From: Thermodesulfobacteriota bacterium
GTDB lineage: Bacteria > Desulfobacterota > Desulfobulbia > Desulfobulbales > SURF-16
Reading direction: 5' to 3'
Length of the DNA stretch: 64,000 bases
Assembly: GCA_040755455.1 (NCBI GenBank)
Contig: JBFMAY010000007.1
Coordinates: 35,898-99,897, forward strand
Shown: positions 19,770 through 29,918 of the stretch, piece by piece
Position numbering within the stretch: the first letter of the stretch is position 1
Layout: each line of letters opens with the position of its first letter
Program-made: the position numbers and the translations under genes
The notes under the pieces: model-generated
Database searches by the model: none
Seen by the model: the letters and a program-made list of their open reading frames with translations, nothing else
What the model was told of the DNA's origin: nothing

Positions 19770-20519
19770 ATGAAAAAAATGATTATTCCGCGTGCTACGA
19801 TTTTCTTTCTCACACTCATCTTGCTCTTTTCGTCATCGTGTGCTTACCAGGAGAGGGTGCAGCCCATCACCATGCCGGCCAGTATGGACAATTATGTGGA
19901 GGTCAACGGGGTGCAGATTGCCGCGAAAGCCTTTGCCGACAAAAAAGAGGCCAGTGACACCTTTGGTTATGACATTAGAGGCGCAGGCCTCCTGCCTGTG
20001 CAGGTTGTTTTCCAGAATGACGGCGACCGGCCCGTAGCCCTGGTTGCCGAACAGACGTTTCTCATCGACACCAAAAATCAGGCCTGGCCGGTTAACTCCC
20101 TTGACAGGACCTATAGCCGGGTGGAAAAATATGCTGATGTGGGCGAGACGGCTGCCGGCGCGGCAAAACCGGCGCTGCTGCTCGGCGCGGCCGGGGCCCT
20201 TGCCGGGCTTGCCGTGGGTATCGTCACCGGGGAAAACATCGGGGAAGCCATGGGCAAGGGCGCGGCGATCGGGGCTGCCGCGGGCGCCATCGGCGGTGGA
20301 GTCAGCGGCTATCAGGACGCCAGGGGAAAGATAAAAAAGGATCTGTCTCAAAAGGCTCTGGTGAACAAGGAAATACTGCCCAGCCAGCTCGGTTACGGCA
20401 TGCTCTTTTTCCCTGGTTTTGCCGAGGAGGCGCAGGATGCGACGCAGTTGAAGCTGACCTTGTCATTTGCCGGCGAATTGCATTCCGTCACGCTTGATCT
20501 GCAGCCGGCAGCCAACTGA
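19770..20519 (+). CDS. Lipoprotein with glycine zipper
   Basis: Signal peptide ending SSC; GAAGALAG...GAAIGAAAGAIGG. Confidence 0.7.
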   Translation: MKKMIIPRATIFFLTLILLFSSSCAYQERVQPITMPASMDNYVEVNGVQIAAKAFADKKEASDTFGYDIRGAGLLPVQVVFQNDGDRPVALVAEQTFLIDTKNQAWPVNSLDRTYSRVEKYADVGETAAGAAKPALLLGAAGALAGLAVGIVTGENIGEAMGKGAAIGAAAGAIGGGVSGYQDARGKIKKDLSQKALVNKEILPSQLGYGMLFFPGFAEEAQDATQLKLTLSFAGELHSVTLDLQPAAN

Positions 20520-20709
20520 TATCTCATGGGGCGAGGCGCTTGCCGGGCATCAGGCGCCGTGTGCCGATCACTTCGTTGTTGCACCTTCCTTATCAAACGT
20601 TGCGCACCAATCCGCACCATCTGTAATCCGCCTCACCCGCCGAGTAATGAACGTCTACGCCGCCTGAAAGCTGCTGCTCAGTCAGGGAGGGGGGGAGGCC
20701 GGTAAAGGC

Positions 20710-21546
20710 TTAGGCCGTTTCCATTTCCATGCTGATATCGCAGGCCGGGGCCGAATGGGTCAGGGCGCCGATGGAAATAAGGTTGACGCCGGTTTCCGCC
20801 ACGGCGCGCACATTTTCCAGGTTGATCCCGCCGGAGGCCTCAAGCAGTGCCCTTCCCTTGACCAGCCGGACGGCCTGCCGCATCAGCTCGGGAGACATGT
20901 TGTCCAGCATGATGATGTCCACAGCGGCGGACAGACAGGCCTCCACCTGTTCCAGGGTTTCCGCCTCCACTTCAATTTTCAGGGTATGGGGCGCTCGTTC
21001 CCTGACCCGGTTGACCGCCTTCTGGATGGAGCCGCAGGCGGCGATGTGATTGTCCTTGATCAGGATGCCGTCGGCCAGATTGAACCGGTGGTTATGTCCG
21101 CCGCCAACCCGGACAGCGTATTTCTCCAGCATGCGCAGACCGGGGGTGGTTTTTCTGGTATCAACGATTTTCACCGGCAGCAGCATCACCTTATCAACAA
21201 AACGGGAGGTGAGGGTGGCGATGCCGGACAGGCGCTGGACAAGGTTCAAGGCAACCCGTTCGGCCCGCAGCAGATCAATGACCTGCCCTGATGCGGTGAA
21301 GAGCACATCATTCTCCTGCACCCGGGTGCCGTCATCAACGGCGGTGTATTCGATGGTGGGATTACACAGGCGGAAGACCTCGCCGGCGACCGTTTCCATG
21401 CCTGCGCAGACAAAGGCGGCCCTGGCGATGAAACGGGCCTTGCCGGTCTGGGCATCAGCAAAAATCGACTCGCTGGTCAGATCGCCGCTGCCCAGATCCT
21501 CGGCCAAAAAGCGTTTGAGGCCTTCGATGAGTTCAAGTCGATTCAT
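20710..21546 (-). CDS. nadC: Nicotinate-nucleotide pyrophosphorylase
   Basis: DTRKTTPG, HRFNL.D..LIKDNH, IMLDN, EASGGI. Confidence 0.96.
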   Translation of the reverse strand: MNRLELIEGLKRFLAEDLGSGDLTSESIFADAQTGKARFIARAAFVCAGMETVAGEVFRLCNPTIEYTAVDDGTRVQENDVLFTASGQVIDLLRAERVALNLVQRLSGIATLTSRFVDKVMLLPVKIVDTRKTTPGLRMLEKYAVRVGGGHNHRFNLADGILIKDNHIAACGSIQKAVNRVRERAPHTLKIEVEAETLEQVEACLSAAVDIIMLDNMSPELMRQAVRLVKGRALLEASGGINLENVRAVAETGVNLISIGALTHSAPACDISMEMETA

Positions 21547-21573
21547 GCGGGTAATCGCCAGGCTGTCGCCGTG

Positions 21574-22008
21574 TTACTGGGTGCGCCAGTTGCCGTATTG
21601 GTCACGGCAGGCCGTCTGGATGATCTTCTCCGGTTTGCCGTCAACTGTGGCCAGGATTTCGGCCTCGCGGCAGTCCTGATTGTAGTCGTTTCTATAGGTG
21701 TTCTGCGGTGTCACCGCATACTGGTTGCCGTTGTTCGGGTTGACCCAGCGGGAGGTTCGGCCGTCCGGCATGCTTTCATAGGCTGCGGTGATTTTTGCCT
21801 GGTCGGCCTTATCCATCTCATTGCCCACGGCATAACCAAGCAAGGCGCCGACTGCCGCCCCGATCAGGGTGGCCCCGGTATTATGGCCGATGGCCTGGCC
21901 GGCGATTGCCCCGACGGCGGCGCCGGTGCCCAGTCCGGTCTGAGCCTTGGTGGCGCATGATGCCGTGAAGGCGGCCAAGATAAGAAGGAGAATAAAATTT
22001 TTCAACAT
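21574..22008 (-). CDS. 17-kDa surface-antigen-like glycine-zipper lipoprotein
   Basis: Lipobox TASC, glycine zipper, WVNP...CRE...TACR. Confidence 0.85.
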   Translation of the reverse strand: MLKNFILLLILAAFTASCATKAQTGLGTGAAVGAIAGQAIGHNTGATLIGAAVGALLGYAVGNEMDKADQAKITAAYESMPDGRTSRWVNPNNGNQYAVTPQNTYRNDYNQDCREAEILATVDGKPEKIIQTACRDQYGNWRTQ

Positions 22009-22205
22009 AATAAAACCTCATATAAAAAAATGAAAAAATGGCTGGGGGAAAAAAATGCTATCTCATACACGTTGCATGAATACAATGGGGTTCCTTTTTT
22101 TTCAAGGACAAAGAAAATACTTGAAAAGTTCCCTTTTTGTCTGGAAAGGATTTGTCAAATAATGTTAGTCTGTGGAAAAATTTAATCCATCTGGAGGTAT
22201 ACATC

Positions 22206-22517
22206 ATGATCGAGTTAATCAAGAAGGCATTTTATACGGGGCTGGGGGCGGCTGAACTCACCAGGGAGAAAGTCGAGGATCTTGCCAAGGAGCTTGCCGA
22301 CAAGGGCAAGGTGTCGGACAGCGAGATAAAGAAGTTTGTCGATGAAATGCTGGATAAGTCCCAGGAGCGCAAAGACCAGTTGATGAAACAGCTTGAGAAG
22401 GTGACGGAGGAGACGCTGAAAAGGATGAATCTTGCCAGCCGCGATGATCTGGATGCCCTGGAGAAAAGACTGGCGGAAAGGATTCAAAAGTCGCAGGAGA
22501 AGGGCGCCGGCGAGTAA
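22206..22517 (+). CDS. Phasin-like small helical protein
   Basis: IKKAFYTGLGA...NLASRDDLDALEKRL pattern, typically found upstream of ABC1 kinases. Confidence 0.7.
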   Translation: MIELIKKAFYTGLGAAELTREKVEDLAKELADKGKVSDSEIKKFVDEMLDKSQERKDQLMKQLEKVTEETLKRMNLASRDDLDALEKRLAERIQKSQEKGAGE

Positions 22518-22523
22518 ATGTAA

Positions 22524-24221
22524 ATGTTGAATATTCGTAAAATCGGGGCCATCGGCCGTACTTACCGCAATCTCGGCCGCTACCGGCAGATTCTGTCTGT
22601 CCTTTTCAAGTATGGTTTCGGCGAGTTTGTCGATACCCTGAAAATTGAGCAGTATCTGGAAATCAGTCTGCCGATGCTGTTCAAGAAGGAGCCGAAAGTC
22701 GGCGAGAAACTGAGCAGACCCGAACGGATTCGGCGGGTGCTGGAGGAACTCGGTCCCACCTTCATCAAATTCGGTCAGATTCTTTCGACCCGGCCCGATC
22801 TCATTCCCTTGGAGTATATCAAGGAACTGGCCAGACTGCAGGATAATGTCCCCTCGTTTCCCTATGAGGAAGTTTGTGAGGTGATCGCGAGGGAGCTTGG
22901 CCAGCCGCCTGATGCGGTTTTTCAGTTTTTTGCCAAGGAGCCGTTTGCCGCAGCGTCCATCGGCCAGGTGCATCGGGCCCGGCTGCCTAATAATGAAGAT
23001 GTTGTGGTGAAGGTGCAGCGGCCGGGCATCCAGGAGATCATTGAAACGGACCTGGAGATCATGCTCCATCTCGCCTCCCTCATGGAACGCCATCTGGAGG
23101 AGTTCGAGGTACAGCGTCCCACCCGTATCGTCTCGGTTTTTGCCAGGAGCATTGAAAAGGAAATCAATTATCTGCTGGAGGCATTGAATATTGAGCGCTT
23201 TGCCCGGCAGTTTCTGGCGGATCAGACGGTTTATATTCCCAAGGTGTATCGTCGCTTTTCTACAAAAAAGGTGATCACCATGGAATATGTCGAGGGCATT
23301 AAGGCCTCCGAGATTGGGGCGTTGCAAGCGGGCGGCTATGATCTGCAATTGCTGGCCAGCAGGGGCGCGACTCTTATCATGAAACAGATTTTTGTCCATG
23401 GCTTCTTTCACGCTGATCCCCATCCCGGCAATGTCTTTATTCTTCCCGGTAATATCATCTGTTTTCTTGATTTCGGCATGATGGGCCGCATCTCACGCAA
23501 AGAGAGGACGGATTTCGCCGATCTTGTCATGCGCGTGGTGAGCAGGGATGAAAAAAAGGTGGTTGATTCCATCCTGAAAATAACCTATCAACATGATCAG
23601 CCTGATCGGGAGATCCTGGAAAATGACTGTGCCGAAATCATAGACCGATATGTCGGGCTTCCGTTAAAAGATCTGGAAGTGGGTCTTGTCCTGCATCATC
23701 TCCTTGAAATTATCTCCCGGCATAGGTTAAGTTTAAAACCGAATTTCTACCTTCTGGTCAAGGCCACCAGCACCATTGAAACGGTTGGCGGCATGCTTGA
23801 TCCTGATTTTGATATCATCCAGCATGCCGAGCCTTTTATTAAGAAAATCCAGATGGAGAGATACAACCCCCAGAAGATTGTCGGGGATATCATTGAATCA
23901 GGCAGTGAGCTGGTGCAGCTGTTCAAGGAGATCCCGGCCGGCCTGCGTGATGTCTTGTCCCTGACCCGGCAGGGCAGGATCAAAATCGAGTTTGAGCACC
24001 GGGGCCTGGAATCACTGTATGAACATCTTGAGCAGGTAGCCAACCGGTTGGCCTTTGCCATTGTTCTTGCTGCGCAGATCATCGGTTCTGCCCTGATTGT
24101 GCTCGCGGATCTGCCGCCGAAGTGGAACGGTATCCCGGTCATAGGCCTGGCGGGTTTTCTCGTGGCGGGCGTCATGGGATTCTGGCTTCTTGTTTCCATG
24201 CTGCGCCATGGGAAGATGTAA
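22524..24221 (+). CDS. ABC1/AarF/UbiB-family atypical kinase
   Basis: LGPTFIKFGQ, AAASIGQVH, VKVQRP, FFHADPHPGN, LDFGM. Confidence 0.92.
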   Translation: MLNIRKIGAIGRTYRNLGRYRQILSVLFKYGFGEFVDTLKIEQYLEISLPMLFKKEPKVGEKLSRPERIRRVLEELGPTFIKFGQILSTRPDLIPLEYIKELARLQDNVPSFPYEEVCEVIARELGQPPDAVFQFFAKEPFAAASIGQVHRARLPNNEDVVVKVQRPGIQEIIETDLEIMLHLASLMERHLEEFEVQRPTRIVSVFARSIEKEINYLLEALNIERFARQFLADQTVYIPKVYRRFSTKKVITMEYVEGIKASEIGALQAGGYDLQLLASRGATLIMKQIFVHGFFHADPHPGNVFILPGNIICFLDFGMMGRISRKERTDFADLVMRVVSRDEKKVVDSILKITYQHDQPDREILENDCAEIIDRYVGLPLKDLEVGLVLHHLLEIISRHRLSLKPNFYLLVKATSTIETVGGMLDPDFDIIQHAEPFIKKIQMERYNPQKIVGDIIESGSELVQLFKEIPAGLRDVLSLTRQGRIKIEFEHRGLESLYEHLEQVANRLAFAIVLAAQIIGSALIVLADLPPKWNGIPVIGLAGFLVAGVMGFWLLVSMLRHGKM

Positions 24222-24223
24222 TG

Positions 24224-24276
24224 AGGGGCTGTTACGAAGCAACCATTACATTTCTAACCATTTCGTTACGGCCCCT
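24224..24276. repeat. 53-bp palindromic repeat, copy 2
   Basis: AGGGGCTGTTACGAAG...TTTCGTTACGGCCCCT-TATGCCG. Confidence 0.75.
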
Positions 24277-24386
24277 TATGCCGGTCAAGGGATTGGGATG
24301 TTATGTATATTTTTCTATAGCGGCCTATTGTTCTGATTGCTCACTGCAGCAGGCTTTACTGACTGGATAATGAGAGGAAATCAAAC

Positions 24387-25880
24387 ATGATTGTTGTAAG
24401 CAATAAGAAACCGAGTGAGTTTGCCGGCGATCTTCTTGTCTATTTTGTTCGCCAATCTGATAAAAAACGCCCACCGGTCTGCAGTGACAAGCTGGTGCAG
24501 GAAAGGATTGATCATGCCTTTGAGCTGGGCGATTGTCTGGGCAAAAAGGAGGAATGCCTGCTTATCTATCCTGAACGGGTTTTTGACGGGGTTCGCGCCA
24601 AAAGACTGTTAATCGTTGGATTGGGTAAAGATGAACTGAACCGGGAACTTTTCCGCCGGGCAGGCGGGGTGATTGCCCAGAAAACCCTTGCCCTGAAGGC
24701 AGAGAAGGTTTTTCTGGTTGTACCGGAAGAGCTGCCCTTTCCCGTCGTTGAGATGGCCGAATGTCTCACTGAAGGGCTGATCTTGGGCAGTTACCAGTTC
24801 AAGAAATATAAAAAGGAAGATGAAGAGGAGAAAAGCCCGGAGATAAAGAAGATCAGTCTCTTTGTCAATGATGCTTCCCAGGTTCATGCCAGGAAAGGGG
24901 TCAAACGCGGTCTTGTCGCGGCAAATGCCGGGGTTGCCGTGCGTGATATGGCCAATGAACCGGGCAATGTCTGGACGCCGCAGGCCTTTGCCGATTACGG
25001 CGAAAAGATTGCCAGGGAAGGCAACCTGGCCTGCCGGGTTATTGACCAAGATGAAATGAAACAGCTGAAGATGGGAGGAATTCTCGGGGTGAATCAGGGG
25101 TCGGCCCAGCCGCCGAAACTGGTGGTGCTCGAATACCGAACTGGCAAGAAGGCGCCAACGCTGATGCTGGTCGGCAAAGGCCTGACCTTTGATTCCGGCG
25201 GCATATCCTTAAAGCCGGGCGAGGGCATGGGCGACATGAAATATGACATGTGCGGCGGGGCGGCTGTCATGTCTGCCATGCAAGCCATCGCTGAGGAAAA
25301 GCCCGGTCGCGTTGATGTGGTTGCCCTGGTGCCGGCCACGGAAAATATGCCTTCTTCCGCTGCCTTGAAACCGGGCGATATCATTACCCAATATGGCGGG
25401 AAAACCGTCGAGGTTCTCAACACCGATGCCGAAGGCCGCCTTATCCTGGCCGATGCCCTGGCATATGGGGTGGAACACTACAAGCCGGATGCGGTGGTTG
25501 ATGTGGCAACGTTGACCGGAGCAGTCGTTATTGGTCTTGGCCACCATCGTACAGGCCTTTTAGCCAACAATGACGAACTTGCGCAAAATGTGCTGGCAGC
25601 AGGGGAGCGGGCCGGTGAGCTGCTGTGGCGTCTGCCCCTGGCCGAGGAATACAAGGAACAGCTCAAGTCAAAGGTTGCTGATTTGAAGAACATCGGCGGC
25701 AAGCCGGGAGGCACCATTACGGCGGCAACCTTTCTTCAGGAATTTGTCGGCAAAATTCCATGGGCCCATCTTGACATTGCCGGCACAGCTTGGGATTACA
25801 CGGAAAAATCATATGTGCCCAAGGGACCTTCCGGCATAGCGGCCAGGACCTTGATTGAACTGGTGCGAAGCTGGAAGTAA
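24387..25880 (+). CDS. pepA: Leucyl aminopeptidase (M17)
   Basis: VGKGLTFDSGG, MKYDMCG, NTDAEGRL, ATLTGA. Confidence 0.96.
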   Translation: MIVVSNKKPSEFAGDLLVYFVRQSDKKRPPVCSDKLVQERIDHAFELGDCLGKKEECLLIYPERVFDGVRAKRLLIVGLGKDELNRELFRRAGGVIAQKTLALKAEKVFLVVPEELPFPVVEMAECLTEGLILGSYQFKKYKKEDEEEKSPEIKKISLFVNDASQVHARKGVKRGLVAANAGVAVRDMANEPGNVWTPQAFADYGEKIAREGNLACRVIDQDEMKQLKMGGILGVNQGSAQPPKLVVLEYRTGKKAPTLMLVGKGLTFDSGGISLKPGEGMGDMKYDMCGGAAVMSAMQAIAEEKPGRVDVVALVPATENMPSSAALKPGDIITQYGGKTVEVLNTDAEGRLILADALAYGVEHYKPDAVVDVATLTGAVVIGLGHHRTGLLANNDELAQNVLAAGERAGELLWRLPLAEEYKEQLKSKVADLKNIGGKPGGTITAATFLQEFVGKIPWAHLDIAGTAWDYTEKSYVPKGPSGIAARTLIELVRSWK

Positions 25881-26406
25881 GGGCTTTGCTCTTTTTCCGG
25901 AACCGGCCTTTGTGGTGGATCAGGTTGACAGAAGTGAATGGGGCACGGCCGTTTTCACCTTGCCGGCGTTACCGGGTTCAGGAAAATGGCACCGCCTGCC
26001 TGCACGATAGGTGAGAATTCTCGTCCCCCTGGCCTCGCTTTTGCGCTGCCGCCCCCATTCCTTTGCCAGCCGTGGGCCAGTGTCCCCGCGGCAGAGCGTT
26101 TTATTGCCATGGTGCTTCACATTTCGGCTGAAAAATAGTTGTCTGTTCATGGGTAAGTTGCCCGTTGTCCGGGTAAGATATCCCAAAATTTTCGTTGAGA
26201 ACATGGCTGAATTGGGGTAGATAACAGCTAGCCTGACGTTCTGTACCACCGGGTCAATATTATATCCTGTGCTGCGGGCTGAGGTTCAGCAGTTGATAAA
26301 TGAAAAGCGAAAATATCTCTTGGTTTGATGATAGCTGTTTGAATCCGGAAACTTGCGGAAGATGAAAAGTTTCCATGTAATTGACAATTTGCTAAGGGAG
26401 GGGAAA

Positions 26407-26805
26407 ATGCAGAAAAACAGGATTTCCATGAGATTGTTTGGCAATCTTGCCGTGGCCGCATTTATAGTCTTGGCCGGTGCCGGTACATCCAGCGCTGCCA
26501 CGGACATGGCTGGCATGACCGATGAAGGCATTTCCTATGAAAGCGCCGCGGCCCAGAAGAGTTTTGGTGTCAAGCATGACAATCTTGCCGACATGGAGGC
26601 CGCAATGGCGGAAGGCATTGTTTATGAAGATTCTGTCGTTGCCAAGAATGAAGTGTTGATTATGCTCGACCACCGGCAGATGCTGCTGCAGGGCATGGAG
26701 GCGTGTCTCTGTGAGGACCCCACCGCAATGGTTGTTGAGAGTCAGACGGCCGGCTATAAAACACAGTCCCTTGAGTCGCAACCGGCAGCTGGGAGCGAAA
26801 AATAA
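26407..26805 (+). CDS. Small exported acidic, Met-rich hypothetical protein
   Basis: GGAGG RBS, signal peptide (..SSA), internal DMxxxxxEGIxYE repeat, followed by hairpin 26808-26835. Confidence 0.6.
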   Translation: MQKNRISMRLFGNLAVAAFIVLAGAGTSSAATDMAGMTDEGISYESAAAQKSFGVKHDNLADMEAAMAEGIVYEDSVVAKNEVLIMLDHRQMLLQGMEACLCEDPTAMVVESQTAGYKTQSLESQPAAGSEK

Positions 26806-26859
26806 ATAATCCGCCGCATGGAAGTGCGGCGGATTGGCGTAGCAGATGTGGTAGTTTAT

Positions 26860-27363
26860 TCAGCAGGCGGCACAATCCTTTGTGCCGCCTTTTATTTTGT
26901 AGATGGCATGGTGCAAGGCGGGCAGGACAACTTCAAGATTCTCCCTGGCCCCCTTTTCGCTGCCGGGGAGATTGATGATCAGGCTCTCCTTTCTGATGCC
27001 GGCGATGCCGCGGGACAGCATGGCATTGGGGGTTTTGGCCAGACTGGCCATGCGCATGGCCTCGCCGATGCCGGGGATTTCCAGATCAAGCAGAGCCCGG
27101 GTTGTCTCGGGCGTCCGGTCGGTGGGGCTCACCCCGGTGCCGCCGCTGGTGATCACCAGATCGATCCTGTCCTCATCCGCCCATTTGATCAGGGTTTCCC
27201 TGATCAGCTCCGGCTGATCAGGGACAATGGCGTAGTCAAGCACCTGGAAACCGGCCTCAGCAAGTTGCCGCTGCAGCTGGGGGCCGCTGGTGTCGAGCCT
27301 CTCTCCCCGTGACCCCTTATCGCTGATCGTCAGAACCGCACAGGTGAAAGCGGATTTTTCCAT
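26860..27363 (-). CDS. mog: Molybdopterin adenylyltransferase (MogA/MoaB family)
   Basis: LTISD...D.SG, TSGGTG..PTD.TPE, SRG.AG, NLPGS. Confidence 0.92.
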   Translation of the reverse strand: MEKSAFTCAVLTISDKGSRGERLDTSGPQLQRQLAEAGFQVLDYAIVPDQPELIRETLIKWADEDRIDLVITSGGTGVSPTDRTPETTRALLDLEIPGIGEAMRMASLAKTPNAMLSRGIAGIRKESLIINLPGSEKGARENLEVVLPALHHAIYKIKGGTKDCAAC

Positions 27364-27372
27364 GATCGCCTG

Positions 27373-29436
27373 CTACTCCGGCTTGTTGGCTGCGGCGATG
27401 ATCTTTTCCGCAATCTGGGCAGGCACCTCTTCATAATGGGAAAATTCAGCCGTGTACGTGCCCCGCCCGCCGGTAATGGAGGTGAGATTCGGGGCATATT
27501 CCAGCATCTCGGCCATGGGAACCTGGGCGGTGACGACTTCCGCGTTGCCCTGGGAATCCATGCCCATGACCCTGCCCCTTCTGCCGTTCAGATCGCCGAT
27601 GACATCACCCACGCATTCCCCTGGCATGTAAATCGTCATGTTCATGATCGGCTCAAGCAGAACAGGGTTGGCCTCTTGGGCTGCTTTCTTGAAGGCCAGC
27701 GAGCCGGAAATCTTAAAGGCCATCTCCGATGAGTCGACTGCATGGTATGAACCGTCCACCAGGGCAACCTTGACATCCACCATGGGGTAGCCGGCAATCG
27801 CGCCCTTTTCCATGGCCTCGATAATGCCTTTTTCCACGGCGGGAATGTACTGGCGGGGGATAACGCCGCCGACGATTTTGTCTTCAAACAGGAAGCCCCC
27901 GCCTCTTTGCAGCGGCTCCATTTCAATCCAGGAATCAGCAAACTGGCCGCGGCCACCGGACTGTTTCTTGTGTTTGCCTTGGACGCGGGCCTTGCCCTTG
28001 ATCGTTTCCTTGTAAGGCACTTTGGGGGCGTGCAGCCGCATTTCAACGCCGAATTTGCGTTTGATCTTGTCGCCCAGCACCTGCAAGTGGATCTGTCCCA
28101 CCCCGGAAAGGAGAATTTCACGGGTCTGCTGGTCGCGGGTCAACTGCAGGGTCGGATCCTCTTCAAGCATTTTAGAAATGGATGAGAAAAGCTTGTCCTC
28201 GTCATCCTTTTTGCCGGGAGAAACGGCAAAGGTCATGACTGGTTTGATGGGGTCAAGCCCCTCATAAAGAACCGGTTTTTCTTTGGTGCACAAGGTGTCA
28301 CCCGTGCCTGTTTCCTTCAGTTTGGGCAAGGCGACGATCATGCCCGGGACGGCCTCGGCAATGGGCCGCACTTCCTTGCCTTCCATGAGAAAAAGCTGGT
28401 TGAATCGCTCGGTGACATCTTTTCTGGCATTATAGAAGTTATCCCCGGCCAGGGTACCGGAAAAGATTCTAAAAATGGTGAGCTGGCCAGCATAAGGGTC
28501 TGCCGTGGTTTTGAAGACCAGGCCGGAAAATGGCGCATCAGGCAGCGGCGGCAATTCCACCAAGTCCTTCGTCTGCGGATGGGTACCCACCTGGGCAGGC
28601 CTGTCGGCGGGCGATGGGAGGTATTCGTTGATGGCATTCAGCAGCAGCTCGGTGCCGAAGTTCAGGGTGGCGGCGCCGGGGATAACCGGAGCCAATTTGC
28701 CGGCGCGCACAGCTTTTTTTAGGCCGCTGATCAGATCCTTCTTGTCAATCGTACCCTCCTCAAGAAACTGCTCAACCAGATCATCATCAGTCTCCGCGAC
28801 CTGTTCCATTAACTGTTCCAAGGCAAATTCAGCGTCATCCTTCATGTCAGCCGGAATTGCTTCTTCCTTTGCCTTGCCGTCGCCGGAAAAGAAATAGGCG
28901 GTGCCTTTGATGATATCAATGGCCCCTTTGAAATCGGCCTCGGCACCGATGGGCAGATAGATAACCGCAGGCTCCATGGGAAGTTTGTATTTTATTTCGT
29001 CAACAACCTTCTCGAAGTTGGCCCGCTCCCTGTCCATTTTGTTGAGAAAAATGATGGTGGGCAGTTCGGCGTCCTGGACATAGCCGGCGATTTTTTCTGT
29101 CTGAAATTTCACTCCCAAGACTGCTTCGATGGTAAAGATGGCGGTGTCAGCCACCCGGGCAGCGTACTTGGTCTCGTTGATGAAGTTGTCATCGCCGGGG
29201 GTGTCGATCAGATACGTGGTATGTTTTTTCCAGGTAAAGTTATTGAAGGAGGAACTGATAGTGAGCTTGCGCTGGATTTCTTCCGGATCATAGGACATGA
29301 CGGACGAACCGTCATCAACCTTGCCGAGGCGATTTATTTTCCCGGCGGTAAAAAGCAGCGCTTCCGCAAGTGAAGTTTTGCCGCTTTTCCCATGACCAAA
29401 CAGTGCAACATTCCGAATCATCTTAATATCCTGCAT
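27373..29436 (-). CDS. fusA: Elongation factor G paralog (EF-G II type), stand-alone
   Basis: Five-domain EF-G (HKKQSGGRGQF, DGSYHAVDSSEMAF); divergent G1 GHGKSGKT and G3 DTPGD; not in a str operon. Confidence 0.9.
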   Translation of the reverse strand: MQDIKMIRNVALFGHGKSGKTSLAEALLFTAGKINRLGKVDDGSSVMSYDPEEIQRKLTISSSFNNFTWKKHTTYLIDTPGDDNFINETKYAARVADTAIFTIEAVLGVKFQTEKIAGYVQDAELPTIIFLNKMDRERANFEKVVDEIKYKLPMEPAVIYLPIGAEADFKGAIDIIKGTAYFFSGDGKAKEEAIPADMKDDAEFALEQLMEQVAETDDDLVEQFLEEGTIDKKDLISGLKKAVRAGKLAPVIPGAATLNFGTELLLNAINEYLPSPADRPAQVGTHPQTKDLVELPPLPDAPFSGLVFKTTADPYAGQLTIFRIFSGTLAGDNFYNARKDVTERFNQLFLMEGKEVRPIAEAVPGMIVALPKLKETGTGDTLCTKEKPVLYEGLDPIKPVMTFAVSPGKKDDEDKLFSSISKMLEEDPTLQLTRDQQTREILLSGVGQIHLQVLGDKIKRKFGVEMRLHAPKVPYKETIKGKARVQGKHKKQSGGRGQFADSWIEMEPLQRGGGFLFEDKIVGGVIPRQYIPAVEKGIIEAMEKGAIAGYPMVDVKVALVDGSYHAVDSSEMAFKISGSLAFKKAAQEANPVLLEPIMNMTIYMPGECVGDVIGDLNGRRGRVMGMDSQGNAEVVTAQVPMAEMLEYAPNLTSITGGRGTYTAEFSHYEEVPAQIAEKIIAAANKPE

Positions 29437-29918
29437 GAATTCCTCCGTTGTCAAGAAGAGACAGTTACCGGCGGTAAAAGACGAAAGAAGCAGATTTCAC
29501 CAACCGGCAAGTTTCTCAGGTTTTTGGGTATATGCAATATTGATGCATCGCAAAAAAGTCCCGGACGGACGGGGGGGCTTGATCAATAGGATGCCTGTCA
29601 TGCCTGATCGCCGGACGGGTGAATTCTGCGAGACGGTCAAATGCTTAAATACTGAAGCAGTCTGTTGTTCAGCTCCTTTGCAAGCCTTTGCCGGCCGCGC
29701 GCAGAGATTGCGGATTCTTCATCTCTGTTATCTTTAGCGTGTTTTCATGTCGTCATATCCTGCCAATACGGCATAGTATTCTGATATTAATAAGAAAGGC
29801 AAGATTCTGCACTGAAAATGGTAGAAAGTTTGTGATTTTTCTTTGAGCAGGGCGGCTGATCCATTAAAATCAAAATGAGAACGGATGGATAGGATCGAAT
29901 GTTGCTCCAGGCGGCTTT

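Noticed and set aside
29455..29918. Structured ncRNA or tRNA in the fusA upstream gap
   Set aside because: No cloverleaf, T-loop or riboswitch consensus recognised by eye; an Rfam scan would be needed to exclude it
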